Shown piece after piece: positions 14,597 to 29,280 of a DNA stretch of 64,000 nt. Positions within the stretch are counted from its first letter, which is position 1, and each line of letters starts with the position of its first letter. Both the position numbers and the translations under genes were made by a program. The notes beneath the pieces were generated by a model. It saw nothing but the letters and a program-made list of their open reading frames with translations. It did not search any database and was not told where the DNA came from. Source of the DNA: Lingula anatina (taxonomy: Eukaryota > Animalia > Brachiopoda); NCBI GenBank assembly GCA_051362555.1, contig CM120649.1, forward strand, positions 7,316,001-7,380,000. Reading direction: 5' to 3'.

Positions 14597-17500
14597 TCCC
14601 TGTTATTAATTCGGGACCGATAGATATATCATAGAGAGATGGACAATGGATACTTTAGTAATTTTTCGCTACAGTTCATTCAGTAATTACAAAACACAAA
14701 GGTAGGTGTCAAAGTGTGTATAACTGCATTTTTCCGAACATATCCGACCGGTCATGGGACATTTTTCGGTATGACATTGACATCGGCTCACACGGTGACA
14801 TGTCTATGGCAAATTGCTGTGACAGAATCGCCGTTGGAACCATAACCGCGTGGCGAGCGTGGTATGTGGCAACTCCAAACACTACAAGCTCCCCATTTGT
14901 AAGGTGCTTAAAGTCACGCTAGCGTTCTAACGAATAATACAATGAATACTCGCCAATGTTTTCCACTTCAGCAATATTACGTTTGTACATCTGGCTTACA
15001 TACTTTCTTAATTTGGAAAGGCGATAAGCTTTATCAGAAGGGAAATTGTATCTCGTGTTGGTCTGTCAAGCAATACATGCGCTCCTTAGCCCCCTGCGTA
15101 GCAATTAGCACAAGGACAAAACACCCGAATTTTGGGTGGGAAACATTCCAATAAAGCACAGTGTCATTGCATCCTGGGATTTTTAAGTTGACACTCACTG
15201 TCCATAACTGTGTAAACACCAAAAGATGCGTAAAATACAGAAGACCTTATCTTTAAGATTCTCGTGCTTATGTGGACAACTGAACCTCAGAAAAATACAA
15301 TTGAGTAAGCTGAACGTAATTGGCACATAACATCACCGACACGTTCACATGTGTTCATGTTCGATAAAAACATCGCGTTTGTACTAACCGACGCATAGCA
15401 CCGGTTTCTGACATTCATTGGATCCATTAAAGCTTGCAATTATAAGTAACAGAGTAGCAGTAACACCTGTTATGGAAACATGTGGACGTCAATAGAAATT
15501 GACCTTGGCCTTCATTGCAGGAATTTGCAAAGGTATTTGTAATGAACCAAAAGGGAAAAAAGAAGACACGGTTAAAAATGCAGGATTTGATGACTGGTGC
15601 TGAAAGTTATGGTGAAAGGAGTCACCATTACAAAAGAAAGAGACGCAGGTTTGAAAAAATAGGAGGTAATACAAGAAAAAACGAAATTAATAATAATAAA
15701 AAAACAAATAAGAAAACATCAGCTTGCTTGCCATTTCTACATGATTGAACATCATAGGCCATTTCTCTCTTTGAACATATCTCAACAAAGTATGCAGTAA
15801 GTGGCAGCAGTGTTTTAGAATCTAATTGAAACGTCAAAAGCATTCCGATTGCCCTGCCAAATGGTTCAATTTAAAAACGTAATGGTTCTGACCAAATGTA
15901 CGCCTCAGACCTAAGTACAGTTTACACGGAGAAAGTACCAGGACTGTTCGATTAAAAAAATTGCCAGCCGGTCAACAAGTCAATTTGAATGCCTTGAATG
16001 TATGTAGTTTCTCTGTTCACACTGGATTATGACCAAGATTATATGTTGCGCCTTAGTTATTAAGATGCCTACTGGACGAACTGGTCATTTGATGACGCGA
16101 GTGAGATGGACTTTCGGTCTTAAATCGCCCTAGTCTGCACATTCCTCAAGACTGGTACAAACTGCCAGAAAGAAGCAATTACCTGTGGCCCACTCTGCGT
16201 TCAATCAGAACCTTATTTAGCTGCCACAAAACCAGTGAAGCGTTAATTGTTTAAAAAACAACATGTGTTTAAACTTGAGATTGCCCATGTGCAAGTAACG
16301 GGGGGAGATTGACAGGTGATCGCGACGCAAAAGAACAATTTAATTGTTTTGTCTTTCCCTTTTTCAGAAGTGTGGACCCGAAGGGCTTGGACAAAAGAGT
16401 TTATGGCCTGCCTTTGTAAAATGGTTTAATAATGAAAAATATCGTCTTATAGTATATAACATGAAATTAAGAACATGCCACTCGGCATTCAAAGATACAA
16501 CTCCAGGAATTCACATACGTACGAACTTCAGCCTAAATTACAAAACGCTCTGGCAACAGAAGCGTTGTCCACAACGGGCCATTTTTTTTTATAAAACCTG
16601 TAAAGAAACATGACTGTCTATCATACGTATTCTAAATGAGCTATAAATATTTTAATCAGCAATTTTCGCTTGTTTTCAGATACGCATCATATTGTTTTTT
16701 AAGAAAGAACATTTGCTGATTCTTATGATTGTAGATACTGTGTCTCTTGCCATTGAATTATAAGGAGTATAGATCGCTTTCTTAATGGACCACGGGGGTC
16801 TCCGACTCGGTCTGACGTCAGCTTTTGATAGTAACTTATCCTATAACTTATACTTTAGGTGAAATACAGATGACCAGCAGGGGGGTGGTAAACGAGAAAA
16901 CCGTACGAGGAATGTGATATATATCTTAACATTGCGCCACATGGATGCAATACACATGGAAGTCATTGGATCAGTAGAGGGATACTAATTACGTTTGTCA
17001 TATAAATACAAAAAGCCATCCATTCTGTACTGACTACCACAAAGAATAAACAGGAAAAAGCGACTGATACGCGGTGTTACATACCGGAAAGTTCATTCAC
17101 ATTGCAATGGTTGCCATTGCGCCCCCTCAAGTGTGACCCATGCAATGACACATGTGAAATAAAAAACATAGACGTAAACGGGAGCCAGGATGAGGGGGGG
17201 GGGGGGGGTCTTTGCACCCCACGTTTTTCAACCACGTCAGTAATAAGTACAAGTATCCCGCGTTCTTCTATATGCGGCGCGGTGCTTTTTTTGTTCTAAC
17301 GTTCACAAGTGTCGGATGTATTTATGCATGTGTTCAACCTCTGTCTATCTTTTGATATATACTTATTGATTTTATCCCTTCTTTTCACTCACTGTTGTAT
17401 CTACAGTATATTGCCTGGTTCTAAATGCCCCCCCCCCCCGTCCCCCCACACACAATGTGCTTTTTACGCCCCTGTTATATCTGTTTATTTGATAGTATAC

Positions 17501-17629
17501 GATTTCAAGGAGCTTTCAAGTCTTAGTTGCAGACGACATTAAAACCAATCTACTTGTTTACGACAATCTTGTTGTCCAGTATGGTATGTTAGTCACAGTT
17601 GTAAATGTGATCAAGACGGCGACCCTTAA

Positions 17630-17968
17630 AGGGATAATAACTCTTCGTTTCGGCTGAAAAATGAATTATTCTGGAATAAACAGCAATTTTCCCATACTTA
17701 CCAATGGTTAATGAATCCATTTTTACATTCAAAATTAGTCCCTGGTTTTTTTCTAAAAAGTTTGTTTTTTTTTGTTAAAATCTCTTAAGAGATTTTAACA
17801 GAGTATGGCCATCAATGGAGGTCACGTGGTCTAAAGACAAGCTCAGATATCAGAACTATAGCTATAACTGCCATTTTTGTGGTAAAACAGAATATATTAT
17901 ATTTCTATGAGTTATTCACAATGTTTTTATTCTGAAATATAGATCTCATACGAAGAGTTATTATCCCT
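17630..17968. mobile_element. Kolobok-like MITE (339 bp, TTAA TSD)
   Basis: Perfect 19-bp TIR AGGGATAATAACTCTTCGT (17630-17648 and 17950-17968), flanked by TTAA at 17626-17629 and 17969-17972. Purine-purine termini fit Kolobok better than piggyBac (CC termini). Confidence 0.82.
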
Positions 17969-20086
17969 TTAATTCCTTGACGCAGTCGAAATCGGCTAAT
18001 CATTAAATTTCAATTCTGAACATGATAAAGTAGTTTAAATCGATACGGCAGAGTGGCCCCGCGTTCTTCTATATCCTCACTCCAGCAAAAAGATATTGCT
18101 TATAAATAAAATTTATCCAATTTTGCTAAAGCTCGGTACTGTGGTTTTCTCATAGCGGTAATTCAATATCCATCATGAGTCCCCTAGATATCATTTGATT
18201 ATGGTTTTTAATTCAGTTTATCCTTTTTTAAAAAGGTAATAGTGATAACTGCCATGTGTTTTCATTGCATGCCCGTGGTTGTTTTTTTTTTCTCATTTAG
18301 CCAGACGGGTCACCTTGCACATTGTTTCATAATCTTAATGTCACTGATTTCATTTTTGCATGGCAAATACAATCATTCTTTATTATATGGTGTCTAGACA
18401 TACTGATGCAGTTCTTGGAAACAGAGGAATGTACCACAAAGGAATTTCCTCACTTATCGCACGAAAAAAAAACCATCCAATATTCATTCAGTCTGCTGAT
18501 AAATGTAATGTTGTATATCAGGAAATATTATCGGAGATGGAAGCCTGGATATCTTTTCGTTGGACTTAAGATAAAAAGACTACTTCATGGTGTAGAGTAC
18601 ATGGCTGCATTGCTGTTGTATTTAGAACATGATGCAATTATGATTTCAATTAGATCATACACCCCTATCAAAGAATGTTTACTATTTCACAATTAAAGGA
18701 ATCACAAATCTGGAAATACTATTATCATCAAACGGGAGATAACTTTTTCGTCTCTTTTATTAAAAACATGTCCATGCGACTACTTTTGGCAGAAACAAAA
18801 CACATTTCCTGTTGAAATAGCGCCGTCACAATTAACACACAGAAAAATGATAGCGAAAGTATCCTTTTTTTCAAAGATTCGTGCATTTGATGTATTTTGA
18901 GGGTTCATTTAAGTAACGAGTCTAGTCGTTTACTTGATGTTTCTCTTTTAACGAGAGCTTTAAAACGTTGAACGGAAACCAATGTTTTGAATCACGTAAA
19001 GCATTGCCGGCAATGATTGCAGAAATTGTCAGGAATCCGTCAAGCTCTCAGCTCATTACTTCACTTTAAAGGAATGTATCAAAAGAACGAGATCGGTGAG
19101 CACAGACACTTAAGATATCAAAGAGATTGATATTAATGGGCTGATTAGGTTCTCAACACGATATCTGTAGATACCGGAAGCCGACTACAGCGGTAACGCA
19201 TGCGTGCACAGAGAAGGTATGAACTTAGTGGGATAATATAGTGAAGTTTAGCAGTTGTCATAATTTAATTATTCAGTATCTATCTTTTCTATTATTTCCG
19301 TTTTATATATTTTGTTTATCCACTCTGTAGAAGAAAGAGATACACGTTCATGTATACAGCCACGATCTGTTTACGTTCTTAGCTGATCTTATATTAGCCC
19401 CCCCCCCCTCCAAAAAAAAGGGGGGGCTCATCAACCACTCGTGAATGGGTAAATGTCAGTGGAGAGGGTCAGTGAGCAAGGTCAACAGAAACACGGCCGC
19501 GGGCCTGCCAGTCCCGCCACAAACGAGTTATGTTAACTTACCGCAGCTGCGTGGTTTGGGTTCTTTGCCTTGTTTACAACTGCCAGGCGTGTTTGAGGGG
19601 TCGTAAACGTATGGAGACTGCCATCTGCCTGCCAGCATTTCCACAACTCTCACTGGGAATTAGAAAAAAATGTCTGTTTTGGATTGTTACTTGCGCTTTG
19701 TTGGGAAGAGGTATATACACGCACGCTGAAAGATTAAAGCGTGAATGTTCTCTCTGGTCCACTCAAACGTTCGGTCATTCATCAATATCGATAGATCGTT
19801 TAGTTGATTCTTAAACAGTTCAAAACCGCTGTTTACAAGTTTACAAGTTTTTTGTGATAAAATATTAATAATACAAGTGTCCGTCTTTAACAGTAACCAT
19901 GAAAAGATAGGAATATGAATAAGAATTATCCGGTTGCCGTGATCTATCAACAGTGTGAAAAGAAAAAAAATACGTGAAAGATTATTAAGAAAAAGAAATT
20001 AATTTTTTTGCTATTTCATTTAGGTATTTAAGTATTTATATAGATATATTTATTTATCTTTTGTTGTTTGTTTGTTTATGTATCCG

Positions 20087-20121
20087 TTCATTCATTCATT
20101 CATTCATTCATTCATTCATTC
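20087..20121. repeat. (TTCA)n microsatellite
   Basis: Read directly from the sequence. Confidence 0.95.
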
Positions 20122-21620
20122 TTTCATTTAGCAACCTCTTGAATGTACACGTGTCTATTGAAAGGGTTTTAATTTGGTCAATTGTCTGCAATTCTGTGAC
20201 TCAACAGGTGTCTATAACGAGCGCAGTTGGGTCTATATAAGCGTCTATTTAGGTATCTGCTAAAGCAATTGCATCGCTGTCTATTAATTTGTCGAACAAA
20301 ACGGTGTTCTGGGGTACCGATACGTAACATGTTATTGTCCAAATTGAATCAAAGTTTGTTAAATAGAATTTGCCTTTTCTAAATTACATTCTATTTTCTC
20401 CGATCTTTAAATAGATACCACTTATAAAAAGTTTGCGCACATGTGTAGCTCCGAGATTACATTGGTTTATTTCAATATTGCTGACATTACGGTTCCATTA
20501 GATGAAATTAAAAAGACGGACTGGTTTGAAAAAACATTTTCATAAAATGGAGCAGTTTAATGAACGTTTCAATACTTGCTACCTTCTTTTTCCGGGAAGA
20601 GGCGAGGCCAAATCTGCCATTTTGTTTTGAAAAGGGGAAGGGGGAGAGGGGCTACACCATACTGGTTTGATAAGAAAAGCCATGTTGCCATGAAGAGTCA
20701 ATTTTGAACATAACACGCTAACAGCTTGATCAGAAAACCTCTTGTCTTGGTGTGGAATCAGTTTTGAAACTAGGGGTTGACTCTTTTTGTCAGCCAATCG
20801 CCGCACAGGTACATGTAGCAACTGTTGTCGTAAGGCAAACTTTAAGCTGTTACAGTTTGCCTCAAATTCGCTTTCTTATCGCAATATTTAAGGATCACGA
20901 GCCGCCAGAGTTAATTTGTTACCGAACTTGTAACACATGTAATAACATTATTCTCTCCGCATGTTATTGATGTGGCCCAGCTGGTTATGGAGTGAGATAT
21001 ATCCGCTCCGCTTGACGCTTTTCAAAGTGAAAAAAAAAAAGAAAATACCAGTTGAAACCTAGGCGGTAGAAATTGCTCTACCTACACTGCTGTTACATTT
21101 ATGGTACTAGCTTTAATAACATACTAACCTAGGTATGCGAATCTGTAGATTTATCATACCATACTACTGACTGTAAGAACTTCCACCAGCTACCGGCGAG
21201 AAATATACCAAGAAACTATTATGGAGATGCGTGACATGCAATACATACCTACGATCCTAAACGGAAAAGAAAAAGATCAAAGAAAATTAAGACTAGCGAT
21301 ACTGTTGTACTAATGTAATTCATTTCCTTTCTCTCTTTTTTCTATTATCATTATTATGCTTTTTTCGTTGATGATTTTCATTACAAAATACGACGACAGC
21401 AACGATTTAGAGATGAAGATATGAGAAGAAACCTTAAGAACGGAGTTGTAATCAAATGAAACAATTTCCCCGCCAAGTGTTATCGACGGTTCAAGTGCAT
21501 TCCAAGTGCTTTTATTTCCTCAGCCAAGATGTTCTCCTGTGAACGCCAGAAAGAAATATACGTCGAATAATGTGACCAGAAACTAGGACAAAAATCATGC
21601 AAGGGGACAACATTGGAGAA

Positions 21621-21663
21621 GGGGGTGGGGGGTGGGGGTGGGGTGGGGTGGGGGGGGGGGGGG
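21621..21663 (+). repeat. (GGGGT)n/poly-G tract matching the G-quadruplex consensus
   Basis: Six runs of at least 4 G separated by single T. Confidence 0.85.
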
Positions 21664-24600
21664 TCACACTAGGCAACTAACTACCACCCCCTCAAATCCA
21701 GAGGTACCCTATTATCCCTTATCTCCCCAATAAAAATTTTAAAAAGAAAACGTGACACGTCCAAACAAATTCCCCAGTCATGTGCTTTACTAACATGTGC
21801 CATGCTCAGGGTATTGAAAAGGGTATCGGACCCATAGTTAAAGGTACATAAGAACCGAGCATCGGTGGAGAGTGGACTCCCAGTAACACTTGTAAACCAC
21901 TTCTACTAGATTCTTATATGTACTCAAATAAATTCGACATGCCAAGGGATAAACTGAATAGATCACTCGATCAGCCATAAAAGCCCTTTAAAATTTTGGT
22001 CGTAAATTTAACCTACTTTCGTGACCTACTTTCCTGCCCCATTGACATACAGCTTAGAATGCCAGCAGAAAAATCTGTTCAAACATCATTTTCGGGTAAA
22101 ATTAAACAATGCCTTTTGGTAATTCTCTTAGTTATACTACTTGAAACTATATGCTGGCATTTGGTTGGTTTTTGTGACAAAAAATTGAATTTGTATGCAT
22201 CTTTAATAAATCTGTACACTGCAGTCATAAAAAAGCCTAGAACCCCAGGGTGCTAAAGAGATTATCGAATTCATGGCAAACAGTTATGAAAAACACAGAT
22301 GGCAAAATGACTAGTTCAAATAATATGCCACCGTATGCAAAGTAGTTGAATAATGTGAGAGAGTTTATTTTACGGAGATTTTTTTTTACAAACCGCCCTG
22401 AACAGAAGTTAATTTGGTACGGTTTTTGACTTAACCGAATTCTTTGGCGTCTTTGAAGCTATATGAAGAAAAAACTACAATACTCGAGTGATTACAAAAC
22501 CAAACGAAGAGTGTTTCTCTCCTGGGCTTGCAATCGGAAGCAATTCTCATGGCTTTGAATTCTTAATATGCAGCGGATTCGTGCAATTTTTCCAGAGTGC
22601 TCTGAGAGGTCAATATTGCAAGAAGTGGAAGAAAAATTACCGGTGTGTTTCAGAAGTGGCATGGAATTTTAGAAGGGTGCTTTCAGTGCAGATTTGTACA
22701 ATTACATTTGCTGTTTTTGTAGTTGAGAAGAGAAGCAACTTACAGGAAGTGACGCGAAAAAATCCACCACGTTCCAAGAAAGCATAGTGAAAGCGCGTGT
22801 CGTTGTTATGCAACTGTTGAATTCCTGTGCGTTACAAACAATTCTACTGCGTTAAAACGCTCCGTTCCTGTTTCTGAAAGAATAACTTAAATAAACCATG
22901 TCACACAAAAACAAAACGCACTGTTAAGATTGTGAAGTTAAAGACTTGCGTGTAGAGCATGACAAATACCACCAATGCTGGCTTTACGTAACTGTTTATG
23001 TAACATCTGCAATGTTTTGGAAACCTGGCATCAAAACGACTAGTGTAAACGGGTGCTATAACATGGTAGTAGCAGGTCCAAAAGCTTTCTCTTTTATTTC
23101 CTGAAGGAAAGGGTCTGTGGTGATAATATACTCTTAGCTCTCTTAGAGACCCATAGATTGGGAAACTTTTTTTATCATATCAAAACCGAAACGAATCATT
23201 GCTCTCCTTGGCTGTTGTGCTTAATCAACTACATTTTTAAATTAAAATTAGAAACCACCCTTCAAATCCATCCCTCAATCCTCAGTCAGCATGCATGCCC
23301 TATATCCTAATATATATGTTTTGGAGATTCTGCACATTCGCAAGCGAAAACAAAAACAAGAAAGGTATATCTGTTTACCGGCAAGGTGGGCAATCGGGCA
23401 TGTACGTCCTTAAGACTTTTCTCCTTTCATACAGCGTAGGCGTACAATGGCCGGCCGAGAACCCTGCTGCAGCGTCGTGTTTTCTGGTGATTTAAGTCTT
23501 AATGGGGTTCCCAGTCAGGAACTATTGCTCTAGGCTTTTACTCAAAAGCACCTTATACTAAATGCAGTAACGTGGCCCGTGGGTCTAATTTGGCCAATTT
23601 ATCGAATTTCCCGTCACTGCTTTCATGTGCCGGCCTTGGTAACGTGGGCCAGCCGGTGTGCTAGGGTTTTTAGTGAAGGTATTTGGCTTTACGTCAGGAG
23701 TTCAGCTCACTCGTTCATTGATCAATTCTTGTGACATCCGGAGAAACAATATGGGTCTATAAGATAACGAGGTCACGTGACATTCCCCCCGAAGGTCATT
23801 CGTGCATTTGATTTGGGGTGTGAGAAAACCCGAAATATAGCTGCATAAAGAACGCGCACATAAGGGGCGGAGATTTACAGAGTAACTGGTTTGAATGTAC
23901 TATATTTGCTGTGAATGGGCATATTGCACTTTCCTATATAAATTGGTCTTCTTGCATCCTTTTTTATCTATAATCTTAAGTCCATATATCAATGAGATGG
24001 CACCAGATTCTGTTAAAGGCATTTGGTCACTTAACTACACACTTTGGGTTTCTACCTCAAGGATAACCGTAATAATAACAGTAATACGAGTTAACCAAGG
24101 ATAACAGTAATACGAGTTTGACACTTTGGCATACATACCTACCCGTATTACATATTACGTATTCACCACAAAAGGCTCAGTTACCCTTTATTGGGTTCTT
24201 ATGAGTGTGAATCACATGCACGTGACATTTAAAAAGCCCATCGAATACAATGTATAAAAACATCTTATAAAAACTAATCACACGAAAACTGAAACGCCAG
24301 TGATTTAGATGCTTTCAACAGAAAGGAAATACGAAATTGGGTTTTTTATAATATTAAGACGGCAATCAATTTTACGATAAATGGCCAATTGGAAGAAATT
24401 CGTCAACTGTTTCTAAGCTGCGGTCAGTTCTTTAGACTTTTGGAATGAAAATGCCCCCTAAGTGTAAAACCACACTGTAAATTTAATAAGGCAAAGCCTC
24501 AGCTTACTCTAAGCCATGTTGTAATCAACGGTCTCCAAATTGTTATAGTTGCTTGGTCTGCTCGGGTATTTTCTAGTCAATTTGAATTATTTCTCTTTTA

Positions 24601-26850
24601 GAGATACGCATATTCGACATTCTGTTAACTTTCTTGTCGGCTCCCAGTGAAAACACTTGTTAGATCATGTCAAGCGTGACGTGACTGTTACCTTTGACGA
24701 TTTACATTATGTGTGAAAACTTGACACACTCAGAATTAAGAAAAAAATAAAACTTGTGGTTGGCATGAAAATGTTACGGACCTAGGATTCTATATTGCAC
24801 AAACTATGAAAATAACACATCCCATTATGTTTTGTGTATCGTTGGAGATGCAGAAGATGAATTTGTCTAATGATTCATCTGTCGCAAATCCAGCATTTAC
24901 ATTGTTAAGATATATCAAATGCTGATTTATTTCAAAACGCAAAAGATCATGCTAACGCAAGTCCAGTCACAGGCAAGATGTAAGCGAGTCCCCTTTTTCG
25001 TACACATCAGATTCAAAGACAATAATTCGTCTACAAATCTGGCAATTTCAGCCGAGAATGCTTCCACAAAACAACGGGACATTGCAGTGAAGACGTCATA
25101 GACACGTTTAGAGTGACACATGCCTGCGGCTAGCACTTTTCAGTATAAGGGGAGTCTGCGCGTTCTCGACGTACATGTATTGGCCCGAGACAAGTCCAAA
25201 CCGTGATAATTATTTCCGGTGATTATTGGATTAACCTTGCTCGGGGAAAACCTTAACGGTTAATCTTTCTAATCAGATCACCAAATTAGTTTGTCCCCTT
25301 TCGGAATCTTTCGTTGGATAAAAGTTACCACAACTGACGCGTAAAGTGAATTCAAACGCTTGTCATGCCTGTCAACAATATATATTCTAATCAACTATTT
25401 TTGGATGTGTAGACATGATCTAGTTACTTGTACGTCCTTTAGTAATGTCTCCACACGGACACTGTCCTTTTTATGAGGTCGCTTGCCCAGTCATGAATTA
25501 GAAAAAAAAAAATTATCAAATGTAATCGTTTCGATCAACTAAGTTTCCTCCAGTTGACCGGCTAATACATGTACACTGTACCAGTGGCCGTATGACCTTG
25601 AAATTTCCCCTACCTTGGTGATACAAGTCCGGTCAAAAAGTACACCACAGTTTTCACCTTTACCAAGGACTTACCCTTATCAAATATTTCAATAAGGTAA
25701 AATCAATAACCATCTGAGGTCACGTATTAGGGTAGAGGCCGTTCTAGGCTTGGGGTTGTCCTATTTTGAGGGCGCGTAATTGTCCGGTTGAATATTACAC
25801 AATGACCACTAAGGTCATTGGTATGGAAAACAAGGTGTCCGCAGCATTGATTTTACCAAAGTGTCGTCCAAGTGAACGAATTTTAAGGGCATACGAGTAT
25901 ATTTGATCAGTGAAAAACTGAGTTAACATGGCTAAGATTACAAGGACATAGATGTGAAAGCTAGATAATTAAGATAACCTCATCGGAATGAATATGGCGT
26001 CTGGCCGAACAAACCAAAGTATCAGACACCCGCCGAGTTCAGATTTCTACAGATGTATATCTGAAAAGTGGAAAATTGAGATTATTCAACGAAAAAGCCG
26101 ATTGAGGTCGATACTAAATAAGATAAATAACAAGCAGAGCACTTGTACATTTGAATGGGGTGACATTTAAGGACCCATCACTGAAAATAGAAAAAAAATA
26201 TTACATTTCTTTGGACATAGAGTCAATCTTTGCGGCTCATTTCTGTAATGTAAGGCCACTTTCAAGTATTTCAATGGAACTGCTATAGACCGCCATCCAC
26301 ACTCAAATAACGTGCGACAATACCATGCAGACGGGGTCGTAGAAATAAATTTAACAGAAACACAAACTATCAGATCTCTAGAAAGATTTATATTGCATGG
26401 GGATTTTTGTTTAAAATTTTCATCAACTTTCCATCTACACCTGACTGGCAATTTAGAAACCTTGATTTCAGAAATTTGATAATTTCAGGACGGCGCCGAT
26501 GATGATACTTCAAGTGAGCTGGTTGTTCACCTGAAGCTAAAACCGTCTAATCTCACATCAATTTCTCACCAGCCTTTCTAATTACAATCTATTACCGTGG
26601 ACACACGAGTCCTTCACACGAATATCACCGATACAGAGATAGATTCTGTAATGTTAAAAATCGGAACGTAATAAAAACCAACAAACATTTTTCCAGAGTT
26701 AATGAAAGCCAATGCGCGGGGACGTCGATGCTTACTTTCACCGTGTCATGGTTCTGGCAGTAAGGACCTTAATTGTTATCGTAAGGCAGAGAGTAGAGAT
26801 ATTCATGATGCCCAATGCTGTTACAGTAGAATTTGTGACAACAACCAATA

Positions 26851-26900
26851 AAATACAATACAATGCATTGCAATACAATGCAATGCAATACAGATACAGA
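26851..26900. repeat. Imperfect (CAATR)n pentanucleotide repeat
   Basis: aaatacaatacaatgcattgcaatacaatgcaatgcaatacagatacaga. Confidence 0.85.
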
Positions 26901-27981
26901 TTGATAATTACATATATCATACAAGTTCGTATAACTGTATTTATACTTGTTCGCGAGTTAGTAACTTTAAACCACAATACAAATAATAGAGAAGCAGTTA
27001 AAGGTATTTCCAGATCAAGAAGTTGATAGAATATGAGCCACAGACGGCAAATCACCAAGGCACAAGTGGGTGGAGGAACATAACAATTATTTGATAACGG
27101 GGGGAATTTATCAACAGACGCTTTGGTTAACCGCAAACATTTTAAAGAAGCCGAGAAAGATGTAACGGGCATATGAAGTTGACTTATAGCGTTGGCTTTA
27201 TTAACTGTTAAAAAAATCACCATGGGTGTTAAGTGCTGGGGAATTCCGTCATGCAATAAGTACGAGTGGAATTTTTTGTCATTAGTGACCAGTGGAATAG
27301 CAATTAAGCAGGATAATTATTTCATATTATGTTAAGGGCATTATCCCAATTTTAAAGAGAATGAGTACGTTTGAATTTACTGAAATGACACCATTATAGA
27401 AGTAATTTGAGCAAACCAAATGCACATATTTGGAACGTTGACTTGCACCTGACGCAAGCACTGTGGTCACTTGATGTGTCCAGAAATTTAAACCGGAGAC
27501 TTTAAAAACAACGGTGATCTGCCAAAGGTCCGAGTAGGAACATGAGGCCGGTAATTCAGTTTGGGAAATACCTTGAACAGTTGGCAAGGCCCGCGGGAAC
27601 GGTGGTGAAAAAACAACGGTAATAGAAACGCGCACCTTCCAGAGGAAACGCCGATGAAAATAAATCACCTAGGGTTAACGTTGTAACATTCCATTCTGAC
27701 CACCTATTTTTTAAAAAACCTTTTGTGGCCAAAAATAAATGCCCTCATAATCTATTGGTACCTAGCTGTAGGACACAGGGAATGGTGTGTTATTAAATAT
27801 TATTACGGACTGAAGAAAAATACTGGCGCTGTACATAAACTGTGTAGAGTTTTATTTTCATTAACTGTGCACGGTTTCAATATAAATATAAATTAGTGCT
27901 TCATTAAAACCACTTTAAATAATTTAGCAAATAATTGTAGGTAATTAATTAAAAATACATTCTGATGGGGCATTGTGAGCT

Positions 27982-27983
<2 letters not shown>

Positions 27984-28015
<32 letters not shown>
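27984..28015. repeat. (AC)n microsatellite
   Basis: Read directly from the sequence. Confidence 0.97.
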
Positions 28016-28018
<3 letters not shown>

Positions 28019-29197
28019 TGAAACGGAAGCAATTAAAATGATTGGTCAGTTTTAGAACAGTCCGTTTTTGTTTAATTTTCATGACCAACTTTCCAAGCCA
28101 TCATTAGCGTATGACTCGAGCATCCACGGCATCCAATTACGTACATACTTTAAATAATTCCCTTGGAAAAAAATGTGCCATATGCCCAGAACCGGGGGAA
28201 TATATACTCCCAACACGCGTTTAACGTAAAACGTAAATCTGCATTGTAACGAATCATTAATATGTATTTTATTATATATGATCTACCGGTATGAGCGGTA
28301 TTGTTGTATATAAGCCAATGTATGGCAGAACGAGAGGACTTTATCATCTATCGATTGATTAACTGCTGTAGTATTATTCTATGGTAATCTGTACAGTTAT
28401 TTATATAATTATTCGTAAGAGAATAGTACTGACATTGGGACTTGGTACTTCTTAGATTTCGAATGTGATATTGCGTACATTCTAGTTCATTTATACGTTC
28501 TAGTGCGTTACACGAAGAAGCGCATTCTGGAACATTTTATTATTCACAGGCAACGGGTAGGACAAAGTTTGTGATGTCTTGAATTTTTCTCGTGCGCTTT
28601 TTTGTGCATCTCAATTAGTAACGAAATTCTTATGTACTTGTTTAGCTCAATTAGACGCGAAAAAAGCTGTAGCTCTTAACCGGAAATGGTTTGATTTATA
28701 ACCTCGAAGACTTTGAAACTCACCGAATTTGGCCTTGCTTTTGATAAATATGCTCTAATCGACATTTACTAAACAAAAGTGGCGCAGTGTTTTTCAATAT
28801 GCGGCTAACCTCGGAACGCTTAGTTACGCCATAAAGTTAACAAATGGAACGCTACACCTGTCTGTATTAGGCGTAGCAGACTTTAAATCAGATCCCCTTC
28901 AAACAAATCTCCAGACCGCAGCTTCTATATATACAACTAATAACAGTTCCACAAGACAAACATGTTACGCCACGGATAAATAGACATTATTACTTGTCGT
29001 TTGCCTAAGACGGCAATAGCCGCGGGGGGTTGAAACCAATCTGGTGGAACATACTCTATTCTGTTTTAGAAACTGAAATTAAAAGCAACAGAACAATCAG
29101 ACAAGGAGATGTTCTCGCACCGGTTGCGGGCGGGGTGACGTCAGATTTCATTCAGTGGTGATTGGGACGTCTCAGGGCAGCAGAATATGCAGTTTTA

Positions 29198-29280
29198 GAC
29201 CCCGTTCCCATACCTAGATCGATCTATCAGGATCGACCCATCTCCGAGAGGTTTCTCGCTAAATTGTATTCAGCTTAAGA
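29198..29280 (+). mobile_element. Truncated copy 3 of the Tourist-like MITE (left end only)
   Basis: gaccccgttcccatacctagatcgatctatcaggatcgacccatctccgagaggtttctcgctaaattgtattcagcttaaga aligns with ~7-90. Preceded by TTA. Confidence 0.7.

Noticed and set aside
26738-27256. 172-aa hydrophobic ORF
   Set aside because: No recognisable domain. It overlaps a CAATR microsatellite and has the composition of AT-rich non-coding DNA.
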